The notes under the pieces: generated by a model
What the model saw: the letters and a program-made list of their open reading frames with translations, nothing else
Told to the model about the DNA's origin: nothing
Databases searched by the model: none
Part shown: piece by piece, positions 50,898 through 63,968 of the stretch
Numbering within the stretch: the first letter of the stretch is position 1
How the letters are laid out: every line of letters starts with the position of its first letter
Source of the DNA: Styela clava
Lineage: Eukaryota
Assembly (NCBI RefSeq): GCF_964204865.1
Contig: NC_135251.1
Coordinates: forward strand, 20,956,001 to 21,020,000
DNA length: 64,000 bases
Direction: 5' to 3'
Position numbers and translations under genes: made by a program

Positions 50898-53185
50898 CAG
50901 GGGTTCTCAAACTTTTGGTGTTGCGGAGCCCTTGAAAAGATTAACTATTATTCACGGAGCCCCAAATAAAATGTTAAAATTGTTACTTTTCTATTAATAT
51001 TCCTGAGTAAAATTAAAAGTACTTTACTTAATTTGAATGCTAAACCTTTTTTAATAGGGTTAATACAAGTCATAAATAAATCTAAATTTCAAAGATAAAT
51101 TATGTATACTAAAACTGTAAATTTGACACTTGATAAACATATTAATAAATTATGGACCGAATCTTTACCCTTTCGACATTTTCAGAAGACTTACAAAGCC
51201 GCTGATAACGTGCGCGAATGTATTTTGTTACATTCGCCGATGGTTCTCCTCAGCATGGCATGTTTTTAACATCTTTACGTCGGTGTTTATTCTCCATAAA
51301 TCAAAAATTTCCGTCGGCACGTACATGTATTGTTTCACAATGACGACGATAATTGCTTTTTTGTTCTCGTGGGGAATTATGAGTTCAATGTGAAAAACAT
51401 GTTACCATATCGTCACGCTAATAACCGAATTGCGTAAGTCATTTTTGGCGATTTTGAGTTTTTTTTTATATAATAGGTATTTATGTGATGCTGCGCACCT
51501 GTCTGTTAACTCAGATTTTATATTAAGAATTCCGAAACCCATAAAAATGATGATTTAGTATGACATGCACATTTGTGCAATTGTTTCCTCATAATGAATT
51601 ATCATTGTTACCGCAGGACTATTTTGACGTCACGAAGGCAAAATAACCTCGGCGAAGTATTTACGAGTTTTTGCATCTCGGATTCTAGCTTAGCGCGTAT
51701 TAATTTGAATTTATACTACAGTATAGGAAGGCGTGCACTTGTGATATTCACTGTCCGAGTCCAATTCACCTTGGTTGGCTCTTATATTGGGTGCATTGCT
51801 GTTTTATTCTTTATATTCAATCTTAGTCTTTTTTCGGTGGGGTGTGCGGAACGTGTTATATTGATGAAATATATATTTTTAAACATAAAAAATATTGAAA
51901 TTAAAACTGATTAGCTATTTTGGGGATTAGACATTGTAGATACTGAGAATTACATTCGTTTTTGGAATGTTTAGTTTTCAGGACTGGTGCATATAGTAAA
52001 GTTGCAAAATTGCGTATGTGCCCAAGTCATAAACACATTTCTGCCTAAGTTACAGTGCGCCTTTATGACGTCACTTAACTGCGTCATACAAATTAACTTA
52101 ATCCGGCTTCTTTATTAAATTATTTTTAGCGTTTTGTCGCCGATGACTATAATATCATCACGCTAATAACCGAATTGCGTAAGTCATTTTTAGCAGTTTT
52201 GAGAAAAACGTAAAAAACCTCCTAATGATATTGTTATGCCATTGAGAGTCAATAATTTGCCATGGTTCAATTTTTTGATCGAGGTAAATTCGAAACTCAA
52301 ATTTCTTGATTGAAAAACGATATTCTGAAATAATAAAACTTAAAATGAAAGATCACACTATAAATTTTATTTCAGCAGTCTCACGTGAGATCAAAAACGC
52401 TTTTATATAGGCATTGGAAATCACAAAATTTGGTGTTATGTTAGGTTTTCTCTGGTGATTCATCGTAGTAACTGCGAAATCGTAACACAGTCAATTGTGC
52501 GCGCGATGTACCTTTTTTTCATTCTGAAACCACCGACGGAGCCGCATGCAATAAATTAATTTCAATCGTTCGTATTTTGCCGAGACCTTGTGATTTTTTA
52601 AACGGCGATTAAAATATCAATTATTATCTTGCTTAAAAATAATCTCGAGTGCAAAAGAACAAATGAAGTTTGACAAATCCCAAGATCGCAAAAATACGAC
52701 TCCAATTTATTTATAGTTGGCAGTTTATCACGTATTTTATGTTATTTTAGAATAGTAATCCTAATAGTAATCTCGAATCAAACGTGAGTAACGACGAGCA
52801 CAATTATATTATTAGAACAAGACACTTTAATTAAATGCTCGCATCGGTCATGGATTGAATATTTTACGCAACAGAAATCTCGCAATCCGTTTTTTTTTAA
52901 ATCGCGAAGAATGTCGCGCGGAAGTTTCCGATTCCATTCCCACCCCCTCCTCAGAAGTCTGGCTGCGCTCCAGCTTATAAATAATTTCATTTTTTAATTT
53001 CGCCTCTTTGCCATATTTCAAGGCTATATATTGTTTCAGATATTATCAAAGCTGTTATTGCTTCTTTGAACTGTTACAAAATTAGTCAAGTCAGTATTTT
53101 GAAAAGTAATCGAATAACTCGCGGAGCCCCTGGGTTTCTCTCGCGGAGCCCTGGGGCTCCGTACGGAGCACTTTGAGAACCTATG
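50898..53185. mobile_element. Non-autonomous hAT transposon nested in the MITE
   Basis: TIRs caggggttctcaaa / tttgagaacctatg; perfect 8-bp TSD gcttagac; subterminal gcggagccc repeats. Confidence 0.92.
51409..52281. mobile_element. Rearranged copy of the 816-bp TIR element, nested in the hAT
   Basis: About 51409-52107 is the reverse complement of 14383-13697; about 52156-52281 is a forward copy of 13568-13694. Confidence 0.88.
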
Positions 53186-54423
53186 GCTTAGACTAGGGTT
53201 GGTATGAGTTCAAATATCCGTAAAACAAAAAAATTTCCATAGGTGCAATAGTATGTAGGTGCAATTGTCGCGGGTTCAAATATACGTGGGTTCGAATGTC
53301 ATGGAACTGTTGGTAACGACGGCGAAATTAGAACTTCTCCTGAATATAGTCTAATATTTAGGCATTGCAATTGAACCGAGAAAAAAACTAACCAAGTTTT
53401 ATACAGACCATTATTACTCAAGTTGCATTTTATTATAAGTAGTTCGCGGCGGCTGACTGTGTATGTACCAGGGCTGTGGAGTCGGAGTCCAATTTGACAA
53501 GGTTGCTCTTGAGTAGAACTTTCTGCAGTCGGAATTTCATACTTTTATTGTTGATAACAAATGTCATCTTGTAAATCTGTCAAATGTAAATCTTTTTTTT
53601 TCAGAAAATTAAGGCGTAATCCATACCGTCACTGTGAATATGGCATGGCATGTTTGTGAACTGCATGTGTTAAACTCCCTAGCACAGGGTTTCTTAAAAT
53701 AACCCCCGGTGTTCCTGGGTCATTTTGACACCCCTCTAAAAAAAATTTAATATTTCACCAACCAAAAATGCCAAAAACATCATTAATGTGTCCTTGAAAA
53801 GCTTATTTTCGTCGCTTTCCGCTAAAATGCGCCCAAATTACGTAGCACAAATGTGTACGGCCGTACGCCGGTAAGAAGAGAGAAATTTTGAAAAAATTTC
53901 GAAAAAAAGTTTTCTCACTTTTAACGCTGTGGTCGACACGTGATTGATATGCGAGAGAAAGAGTTCTCTTTTAGAAGAGCTTTACGTCACCTTCAAAATA
54001 AAACAAGAGTGGGATTTGTAAGTGAAGTGATATTCGTTTTATCGAAGAGCATTTGATCGCGTGCTGTCTGGTATCTTTGTTTGTTTATTATGAGCCGAAG
54101 AACGTTGCTCGCGCGTTCAAAATACTCCGTTTTCAACTAACAACAGATTCCTTGTTTATTTTTAAGCTTTGAAATACTCATACAAATATAATTGACCTTG
54201 TTGCAAAATAAAAATTATACATAAAAAAATATGATGACGTCACCGTAATTAAGAACACTCGGATCAAGCATGGATGATTTAAACTCAAACATTTTGAGTT
54301 TTGAAATTGGTTTTGTTCACATGCAGACCACTATGAAATACTTGACCCCTCAAAATACATTTAATTTAGCCATAATCCCAAATTATGACACAGGGTACCC
54401 CTTTATGACCAGGCCGATCCTAT

Positions 54424-54495
54424 CGGGTTTTAACCTAGGTTCGATCGAACCCCTGGGGTTCGGTGAAGCTATTCCAGGGGTTCGACGAAGGTCCT
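54424..54495 (+). mobile_element. hAT/Charlie-like terminal fragment
   Basis: ttttaacctaggttcgatcgaacccctggggttcgg...caggggttcg resembles hAT subterminal repeats. Confidence 0.5.
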
Positions 54496-55066
54496 CTGAA
54501 ACAGGTATATTTAATAAAGACTTTATATAACACAGCATACTAATCAAACAAAAATAACAATAGATCATCGAAGACATAAAATTTTACACGTTTAAACAAC
54601 TCGTAAATTAGCTGTGTGTAGCTTCGCGCAGATAAAAGTTCTAGTCGAAATTTCAAATACTTTTACAGCTTGAATTCCAGCACACTTCATAACAAACTTA
54701 TATCGACACAGATATCGTACGCTTTAGCATTTTCAGATTCTTTTCGCTTATGAGCACAAAACATCTTAGGTTATAATGACAAACGTTGGGGTTTTAAGCA
54801 AATTTTGCGCGTGTGAAACCTTATTCATATGCTACTAATAAATTATAGCTCAGTATAGCAAGTGGGTGTATATAAATTGATATAAAATCAAGACGTGTTT
54901 AAAAATTTGTGGCGAAGAATATTTTATTGAAGAGCTTTTCTTAAAAATCTGGACGAGCTCAATATAACGCTAAGTCATAAGGTTGACCGTGTCTATTTCG
55001 GCAAAACAGCCGACAAACTCTTTTATCTGCATTCGAATGCAATTTGAAGTTTTAGAAACGGATGAC

Positions 55067-55334
55067 TGGATCAACTCCCGATTCTATCATTTTTGCCAAC
55101 CCGTCAAAACCACTCTCACATATTATTCATGAAAGAGAGAATGAAGTAAAAATGTTGGTATTCGACAGTGAAGTATAACTCCAGAATATCAAGAAACATT
55201 TCCCAGATTCAGAGTGTGTTCCACATTTTTATTTTATCTTTTTATTATAATAAAAAATCGGGTATCAATGCTATAAAAACAGAAAGAGTTATAAAGAAAG
55301 ATATGTAAAAAAAAATTGGAACCTGGCGAGAACA
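55067..55334 (+). pseudogene. ODC-like pseudo-exon 4 plus the start of intron 4 (relic of a third ODC copy)
   Basis: Translates as GSTPDSIIFANPSKPLSHIIHERENEVKMLVFDSEV*LQNIKKHFPDS, with TAA at 55176-55178 where intact copies have GAA. It has no 5' acceptor. The following sequence (gtgtgttccacattttt...gagaaca) matches ODC-B intron 4. Confidence 0.92.
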
Positions 55335-57024
55335 TGATGGTATGCACTTTTTAAATCCAATTTCGTTGATTAGATCACTCATATTCGGTAATGGAATATA
55401 ACGCGTTTAACTGAGTAAATATATTGGTCGTCTGTGAATAATCGATTACAAACATTTGTTTCCCATTTTCACCCTTCACGACGACAACTTGAGCTCTCCA
55501 CGGAGATCTGCCAGACGCTACAATTCCTTCCTGTAACAAACGGTTGACCTTAATTTCAATAAACATTGTCATCTTTGGAATACTAATGAGACATTGTAGC
55601 AATAGTCAGCAGCAGCAGCAGCAGATCGCAGTCAGCAGTTAGATTTTTGAATGGTTCTGATGACAAACTTTTGAAAGTTGAGAAGCCACTTACAGACATT
55701 GGAAGTCGATCGCCGCGGTAAACATAAGTTACACTTTGATGCTGTCCTTGAAGGTCTATTCCAAGTAAAATGTCACAACATAAATTATCCATTACCCTTA
55801 ATATGAATTTTGGATAGCGTCGGCCCTGATATTCAATATCTGCTGCTGTACAACCTTTTAGTTAGAGGAATGGAATAGGCCAGAGAAGCCATTGCTACCT
55901 TGTCCTTAACTGTGTGTCCCTTTTGATTGGGAGGTTACACCTTTCTATGAGACGAGGGTGTATGAAACTCTGGCTACTGCAACTATAAAAAAGTGCACGT
56001 ACTTTGTGTCTTTCAATACGAATCACAGGAGAACCTCTCAATAATTTTGGGCTGTGATTTTTGATATGCAGTGACTTCGTCAGGTTTTTGTGGGTTGAAA
56101 ACTGCTTCTATGCAGACTTTTATGAAACGTCCCCTTTTATGACACTTGAAACAAAACACATTTCGGGCTGGACATTTTAACGATGATGTTTCTTTCCGCA
56201 CAGAAAAAGCAAGTAGAATTTGCAGTAGCAGATATTTTCTCGATATCACACGATGACTTATTGAATGGAGTTTCACTGTTTTGAGCTGACACAGTAGAAG
56301 AAAGATCGGATACTCGATAAGCTTCAGTGTTCTTAATTGCTATTTCTAAGCTCCTGGCTCGATCGAATGTCGTATTAAATTAAGATGTTTGTTTTCCAAC
56401 GAGCGCGGCCGTATCCATGTGGAGTTTAATCCCCGGATAAAAGCGTCTCGGACATAAGCATCTCGATTTTGAACAGCAAATACAGTTTTGAAATTACAAT
56501 GTTGCTTAACAATTTCAATGCTTGCATGTATTCGCCTACATTTTCAGATGCTTGTTGGTTCCTGGTTGCCAGAACATGCCGAGAATTAACTTCATTGCGG
56601 GGTTTGACAACATTGTTTTCAGAATCTCAATCACAGTATCGTATGATTCTGTCTCTTCAATATATTGGAATATACGAGGAAATATGAAATTCACCAATAC
56701 ACCTAGTTTATGCGTTACGGCGTTCAGAAAATTATCGAAAGTCTTCTTCCAGTGAAGCCACTCACAGGATGCTTCATGAGAGTTAGGATCTACCTCTAGT
56801 CTCTCAGGTTTCAGAACCTTGTCCATGCTTATACCAGAATACTCTTGTGAAATGCGATAAGTTGAATAAATTGTAATGAATGATAAATGTAGTACCTTGA
56901 TATAAGGCTTTCTTTATTCAGCCTAAATCTGAAGCACACTTGGAATGAATCTAAAGTAAAATATAACACAAGTAAATGTTATTAAACAAGAAAACAAATA
57001 CGTAGCGAATTGCTGATTCTAACA
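55335..57024 (-). mobile_element. Decayed Ty3/Gypsy LTR retrotransposon (5' LTR, gag, protease, N-terminal RT; 3'-truncated)
   Basis: Gag starts MDKVLKPERLEVDPNS at 56826. Degenerate zinc knuckle CFKCHKRGRFIKVC; protease remnants (CDILLGID); RT motifs SPWRAQVVVVK, VIDYSQT and LDLKSAYH ending at 55335. Several stops and frameshifts. A TG...CA-bounded segment at 56872-57024 is the putative short LTR. Confidence 0.88.
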
Positions 57025-58306
57025 GTAAGCGGCCCCATAGTTGAATAAATAAAAATGGAAGAACTACATTACATCTACACTACATCTACAGCACAGCAAT
57101 AACTGATGTCTGATTTAAAACGCTTCAGCAATCATCGCTAGACTGCAGCTGTATAAACGAATAGATTCATTAAGTTACATTTACAAGGTATTACAACATG
57201 TTATGGGAATAACGACGCAAGTCAATTCTGAGACATCTGTACATAAGGTTGCAATATAGGATGCCATAATGCCCCATAACAGCTGATCGTTCCTAACGCG
57301 AAGTATGTGCTGGCAACAACGACGACGATGGACCTTTCCCCGACCTTTGACCCCCGAAAAATTCTTCCTATACTTTCCATTGCAAAATGTTCGGGGCTTA
57401 TTTCAAGAGTTGTTTCGCGACATGGCGCCTGTAAAATGGGGTATGTGTTTTAAACCATCATTATGATTCATCGCATGTAACAATCTGTTTTTAAAAGTAC
57501 CGGTAAAGAATTTCAGCCCAGTCTATTACAGCTATTTCTAAACTCTTTTTTATTTCTGCAATTAAATTGAAACTCCTAAGAAGACAGAGTGATCATTGAA
57601 TTATCTGATTTATATTTAAATTTCCGAAACACAACGGAAAACTAACAAATAGAGTTCAAAAACGCAAAAACTAGGTAATGTTTACGACCGCGCCTGGAAA
57701 TCTGTCTGAGTGAGAAAAGTGTCTGAACGGATGCGAAAAGGAAGCATTGTTTGTTCAATTCAAAACGCGTCGCCAGATCATATTTGTAGGATGAAGCTGA
57801 GTTTAATGACGAAATGCAGTAGAAATCTTTCGCTTACAGAAACTCCAAGAACGATTTTAAGGTTGAAATATGAACAACGATTCCAAACAAGTGTATAGTA
57901 GATGTAATAAATTACTATGATTTAAGTTCTATTCAACGGTAAGCTTTTACATGTAATTTGCGCATAGTAATACATACAGATGTAGCTACTCGTAGTGCAT
58001 GAATACGTACTTATTAATTTGAAATCTTGGATGTCATAAGGCCTCACAGAAGATGCTCGCTCATACCACGAGATATGGTGTTGTTATCAACGACGAAACT
58101 GGAACCTCTATTGAATATAGCCTATTATTTAGGCATTGCAATTGAAGTGGAAACAAACTAATCAAGTTAAAGTTTAATACAGACCATCACGTTGTATTTT
58201 TTAGAATATAGATGCATATTTTTGCAATTCTTTCTTATTTTATGACCCAATTTTTTCAGCTTAGTTGAATTTTAGTAACTGTGCCTATTTCCAAGACATC
58301 AAAATC

Positions 58307-61300
58307 ATGGAGTGTTCGACGTTCTGTATAGGTACAAAGGTACGATTTTATTCATAAAAGAAAAGTTCGTAATAACTCGGTCCGGGTTGCAGCGGTAGTC
58401 AATCTCTGTGATCTTATTTATTACACTTTAGAAACTCTATCTTAAAGTACGGCTACAAGTTAATAATATTTATTTATTTAAATGTATAATTATCCTTTTT
58501 GTATCGTTACTCATCACATTTTCTGCAGGACAACATTGATGTATTTGAAGGAATAACAATGAACGAAGCGGCAAAATTCATTTCAAGTTTTCCTGCAGGT
58601 CGCAAGGTAAGGTGGCAACACTGTTGTATTGTATTCCCACGGAAAAACGTAATAATTGTAAAGCTTGCAAATTAATCGCAGACAGTAGTTAATGATGATA
58701 TTTGAAACAGAATACAACACTATTATCAAAATCGCTCGAGCTCTGTAGATGTTTCCATTCAATTCTCAAGTGATTAATCAAATTGAAGTAATTGGTTTTG
58801 CGCTATGTTATTGATATGCATGCTTTTGCGGGTATTTGATTGAAGCTGTTTGATTCATAATTAACTACTCAATAATAGGGCCAGTTCTTATAGATTATTT
58901 CAATATCTCAATATCGTACCTGAGAAGGCATGAAAGATTTTGAAAAAAAAAATCAGAAAAAGGCCACTGCAAGCTTGGTTATTTAAAGTTTGCGTTCTTG
59001 GAAGCTTACAATTAATAATCTTAGCAGAAATATATATCTTACATATTTCATTTTATAATTTTGTGAAATATTCCTCGTTCAGAATTTTGACGACAGTTTC
59101 TATATATGCGATTTCGGAGATTTTGCAAAGAAGCACAAACGATGGCGGGAGTTATCTCCCAATTCTCGTCCGTTTTACGCAGTGAAAGTTGCTCCATATC
59201 CACCAATGATTAGATGTTTGTCTGCAATGGGCACTGGATTTGATTGCGCCAGTCAGGTGAATAAAATTAAATTCTAATCGCACACATGTATATACAATGG
59301 AAAGGTTCGAAAATTGCCTATCAAAACGGTAAATTCGAACGTGGTTAGAATTTTGATACTTTACTCTTCACGAGAAATCAGAATTGGGATAAAACCTCCT
59401 TATCCGACAATAAGATGACAGGAAAGGTAATTATGACTTTTTAAAGTTTATATATTCACTTTATTATCTTAATTTTATTTCGTAAGGAAGAAATTGATTT
59501 GGTATTAAACAATGGATCAACTCCGGATTCTATCATTTTTGCCAACCCGTCAAAACCTGTCTCACATATTATTCATGCAAGAGAGAATGGAGTGAAAATG
59601 TTGGTATTCGACAGTGAACTAGAACTTCAGAAGATCAAGAAACATTTTCCAGATTCAAAGTGTGTTCCACATTTTTATTTTACCTTTTTATTATAATAAA
59701 AAAAAAACGGGTTGAAAGATAGGTAAAAAAAAAATGAAATCCGGGGAGAACAGAACTATATCAATAACGAGATTTTTCTTATAACTCATCATGATGTAAC
59801 TAATTTGTAAAAAAAAAGTTCACGAGATAGGTATATGGATATTTTAATTGACGCAGCTCAATATCCTTGCGTGCGTATTTAAAATAAAACATCTAATATC
59901 TATGGATCTTTCATTTCAAGGTTGGTTTTACGAATGAGCGTTGACAATCCAGTGGCAGAGTTTCCTCTAGACGGCAAGTATGGTGCAACATTGGAAGAGT
60001 CCCGACATCTGATCAATATTGCAAACTTAGAGGACATGAAGATAATAGGAATAAGGTGCAACTATTAAAATTATTGAAATGAACTTCTATACCTGGTCAA
60101 CATGGGAATTCAGACAAAATTTCGCCTTTAACAAGATCCTTATATGTAGATCAATGTCATTTATTGCTTGTATTGTAACTCATAAAACTTTAAAAAGATT
60201 GATTACACATTAAAGATTCACATGCTTTATAAAAGTAAAATTAATTAATTAGAGACAAAGAACTGTAATGGAAAAAACACATTTTCATTAATTCCCTGAT
60301 TTTAAAAGTTTGCTTTATACGTTAGAATAAATTATACAAACGTTTATTATTTTTGGTTAGTTTTTTGGGTACGGTGTTCCGCTGATTCTATGAGTTACTG
60401 CCAATCAACAAGATAATATAATTAAAACATCTCTAATCTTGTAAATAAATTTTTCGGATGATTGTTTCATTCCAGCTTTCATGTTGGTAGTGGATGCCTT
60501 GATGCCAATTCATTTAAGGAAACAATTGAACACGCAAGGGAACTGTTTGATTACGGAAGAACACTAGGAATGGATTTCGATATTTTAGATATTGGAGGAG
60601 GCTTCCCTGCACTTTCGGGATCCGCTCTATCAATCGAGAAAGTATACAAATTTATTGTTACTTTCACCGCTTTATTCGTATATTTCTCTTTCCTTCTTCC
60701 TGTTGGCTTATTTCAGCTAACTCCATTTTAACGGTGTACTTTTTTCTGATTATTTGGTTCCTGCGAGACTAACTACTTATCCTTCTTCTATGCTTTTGTG
60801 CCGGTGGATCCGTATGCATGCAAGGATGCTGTAGCATAAGTAGAGATAACAATCCTAAGTGATTCAAGAGTCTTGCTGCACACTAACAGAAATAGATTTG
60901 TGTTAGTCTGCAGCAAGACTCTTAAATCACTTAGTACTTTTCTCTTGTCCTGTATCATTTCCTTTGCCAGGCTCATTGCCTACCTTTTTTCAATCCTATG
61001 TTGACATTTGGATAATATTTCCATATGTATTGCTTTTTATTTGTACTCTCGTCCTTATTGTTCTTTGTGTCATATCTACAACTCCTCATTTTTGAACGTA
61101 AAGTACAATTGTTTACAGATAGCGTCAACCGTGAATGCCTCTTTGGAAATGAATTTTCCCGCTGAAATATTTGATAAATTGCGTGTTATCGCGGAGCCAG
61201 GACGATATTATGCAGCAACAGCGTTTGTTTTGGCAACAAAGGTGATAACTAAACGAGGTAAGTGATTATATAATACAATCTAAAGGTTCAAAACTGAATG

Positions 61301-62126
61301 TTTATAGAATTCCCCATAGCATTTAGGTCATATTTATCAGATTTGTTAGGGATATACTGTTGTAATGTGATTTCATTTTGAATCAATCCAATCTGTTTCA
61401 TATATGTTATAATCAATTTTAGAGCACTCAAAACTGCCTAATGTGGATGTTGAATATACTCTAAACGAAGGAAAGCACGGATCTCTGCAGCTTTCTTATG
61501 GGACTCTACCGGGAGAGATGATTCCTTATGTTCCGGAGGTATCACAACGATATCTTGATAAAGACATTATCCTTACAATTAACAGATTCAGTTCTCGACT
61601 GCCGAGTACAAATATGTCACTATTCTTTTTATTGGTTAAATAATGGTTTTTGCATTATAGGAAAAAGCAAATAAGAATCGCCATTATGCTTGGCTCTGGG
61701 GTCCGACTTGCGATAACAAGGCGTTATCTAAGAGAATATTGGTGCCAAAATTACACATCGACGACTGGCTGTTTTGGAAAGGTAATATTTACTGCCCGAA
61801 ATCAAATTTGTCCAATATGACAATTCTTGACAAAAAGTCTATAATATGAATATCCATTTCTTTGTCAAACAGATGCTGGGGCTTACACTTTTGCATGTTC
61901 TACTGGATTTAACGGATTTAAAACAACGGCATTTTATAATATTATTTCAACAGAAAATGAGTTAGTAACTATTTTATTTTAAAATGACTTTTATGGTCAA
62001 ATTATTCTATTTAAAAAAAATAAAATTAATCAAAGATTAATTTATGTACAAATTATTTTACTTCGATTCAGAGCAATATTTTGGTCTCTCATGAATAATA
62101 AAGTCGAAGTAATATTGGAACGATGA
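58307..62126 (+). CDS. ODC1-like: Ornithine decarboxylase-like paralog B, 11 exons, about 425 aa
   Basis: Exons: 58307-58339, 58529-58606, 59083-59256, 59487-59659, 59921-60055, 60476-60641, 61119-61257, 61423-61538, 61661-61781, 61873-61960, 62072-62126. All GT-AG and open to TGA. Same ODC motifs and intron phases as paralog A. Confidence 0.95.
60746..60934 (-). mobile_element. Shorter copy of the PLE-like foldback element, without the hammerhead
   Basis: Near-identical to 32612-32770 plus a short inverted arm. Flanked by tactttttt / tacttttct. Confidence 0.8.
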
Positions 62127-63968
62127 AGAGATTGTCTCAATTTGCCGAAGGAGAAAAAATCAAGCAGAAATACATAGTTTATTTTAAGTTGTTATTGTTA
62201 AAAAAGTTTTGTTAACCGTTTGAAACACTTGAGTTAGACAAATAAATTATAGGTGCAAAAGATATAGCATTTTTAAGCAAAATATACAGTTATATCTGTC
62301 GATAATTTATTTTTTTTTGCAAAAAATAAAAGCATTATATATTAGGTTACTGTTCCATTAATTTAAATTAGTATGTATATATTTAAAGATAAAGGTACAT
62401 TTTTTCAAATTTAGACTGATTCATTAACTCGACAGTATATAGTTTTTTTAATTTTTCCGACGGGAAGTATTTGGAACAAAATTGTTATTATCAGCTTTAT
62501 AGAAAAAATTCTGTAACGGATAAATTTCAATTAGAAAAACGACCTAAAAATGAATATTAGTTCAAAATTGAATGTCGATATCCTGAAGACTTGAGGCCCC
62601 TAGACTTAATGCTGATGGTAAATTCAGTCTCGCATACCATTAAGGCTACATGTTGAGCTGCGAGTACGAACGTTGTCAGACTGGCCCGGCCTAATGCCGT
62701 ATGGTGGCGCCATATTCGTTAGATTCCTGTGTTCTATATAGATATGTAATTTAACAATTTACAGGTATATACGCATAACTGAATATTGGCGACCACCAAA
62801 TTGATGAAATAACTTGAAACAAAAACTTGATGCTACATAGGTTTTTACGTCGGAATGTTAAAGCAAAGCAAGGTAGCTGTCATTGAACAATAAAAAGATA
62901 AAATAACCGCAATTGAAACAAATTTTTAAACTTACGACGCGTAGGAAAACTGAGTCACATTGTTTTGAATTAAAATTTCCTTCACGGCCGAACGATGATT
63001 CGAACTACAGTATCGTATCATGAGAAGATTATAAAAAACACAATGTAACAGAAGATTAGTGTAATGTTTATTTTTGTTTCTAAGCTATACAGATAAAAAA
63101 ATCCTCGTTATTTATATGCGAGCCCCATGTTTATACGATCTCATATCGGAAAGATTTTAAAACAATCTGAACGTTCTCGAGTTTATGAAGTTTGTATTAT
63201 AAATACTCTGCTTTCAGATAAATTTTCGCAGTAATTTTACTCCGTTAAAGTACAATAATTGGAATGTCATGTGTTGTGATTTTGAGAGTCACTTGCAACA
63301 TTCTCACGTTGAGAAATGTGAACATATTATACATTTCGAGGTAATTTTACTCTCACGTGTGAGTTGTGTTCCATATCTCCTTTGTAGATTCATTCGACAT
63401 ATAACTCTCTTGTTTTATTGGATAAATATTCGTGATATAAAATAAAATTTCCACACTAAACAAAAATACCTTATATCAGTTTCGCTTCTGTTTACTTATT
63501 TTGTGTTTGAGATATAATCAACGCCATTCAGTGCCCACTGAATACGATTACTTTTCAGAATATGGCAGACCCTTTGTTGCATACTAGTTGCCCAGTACAT
63601 AAGGATTAAACTGAAATATGAACATATCAATGATAGTTCGATGTTATGCCTATATTCCTGGCGTTGTGAAAAAGTTTATCTATTCAAAACAATTTTGTTT
63701 GTTATAGAAATGTATTGGGAAATAGTTAGAAATTATAATCGTATTAAGCGAAAGGCATAGACATAAATCGATATGTCGGCAAATCAAAGCATTTTTAATG
63801 TGATGAAACGAAATTGATTATGAGATTATGTATAGAAAAACTTGTTATTAAAAATTAAGCATGAAAGCAATGGTAAAATGTCATGCTAATATGGAAACTG
63901 TTATCACATCTCCAAATATAACATTGTTACTTATCGATCTTAAGATCGGTAAGTATATTGATAGGTAT

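Larger units (their letters stand above)
50804..53309. mobile_element. MITE (outer layer of the nest)
   Basis: Imperfect TIRs c.gt..c....catt.gaacccacgt; 7-bp TSD ttggtaa (50797-50803 and 53310-53316). The empty site is visible at about 58075-58095. Confidence 0.8.
50229..53413 (+). repeat. Duplicate of the ODC-B upstream region (57199-58190), interrupted by nested transposons
   Basis: Collinear near-identical blocks: 50229-50370 vs 57199-57332, 50466-50803 vs 57752-58087, and 53317-53413 vs 58088-58190. Confidence 0.88.

Noticed and set aside
42550-62126. Calling the ODC-like genes antizyme inhibitors
   Set aside because: D88, R154, R277, C360 and Y389 equivalents are all retained. Not excluded without assay, but unsupported.
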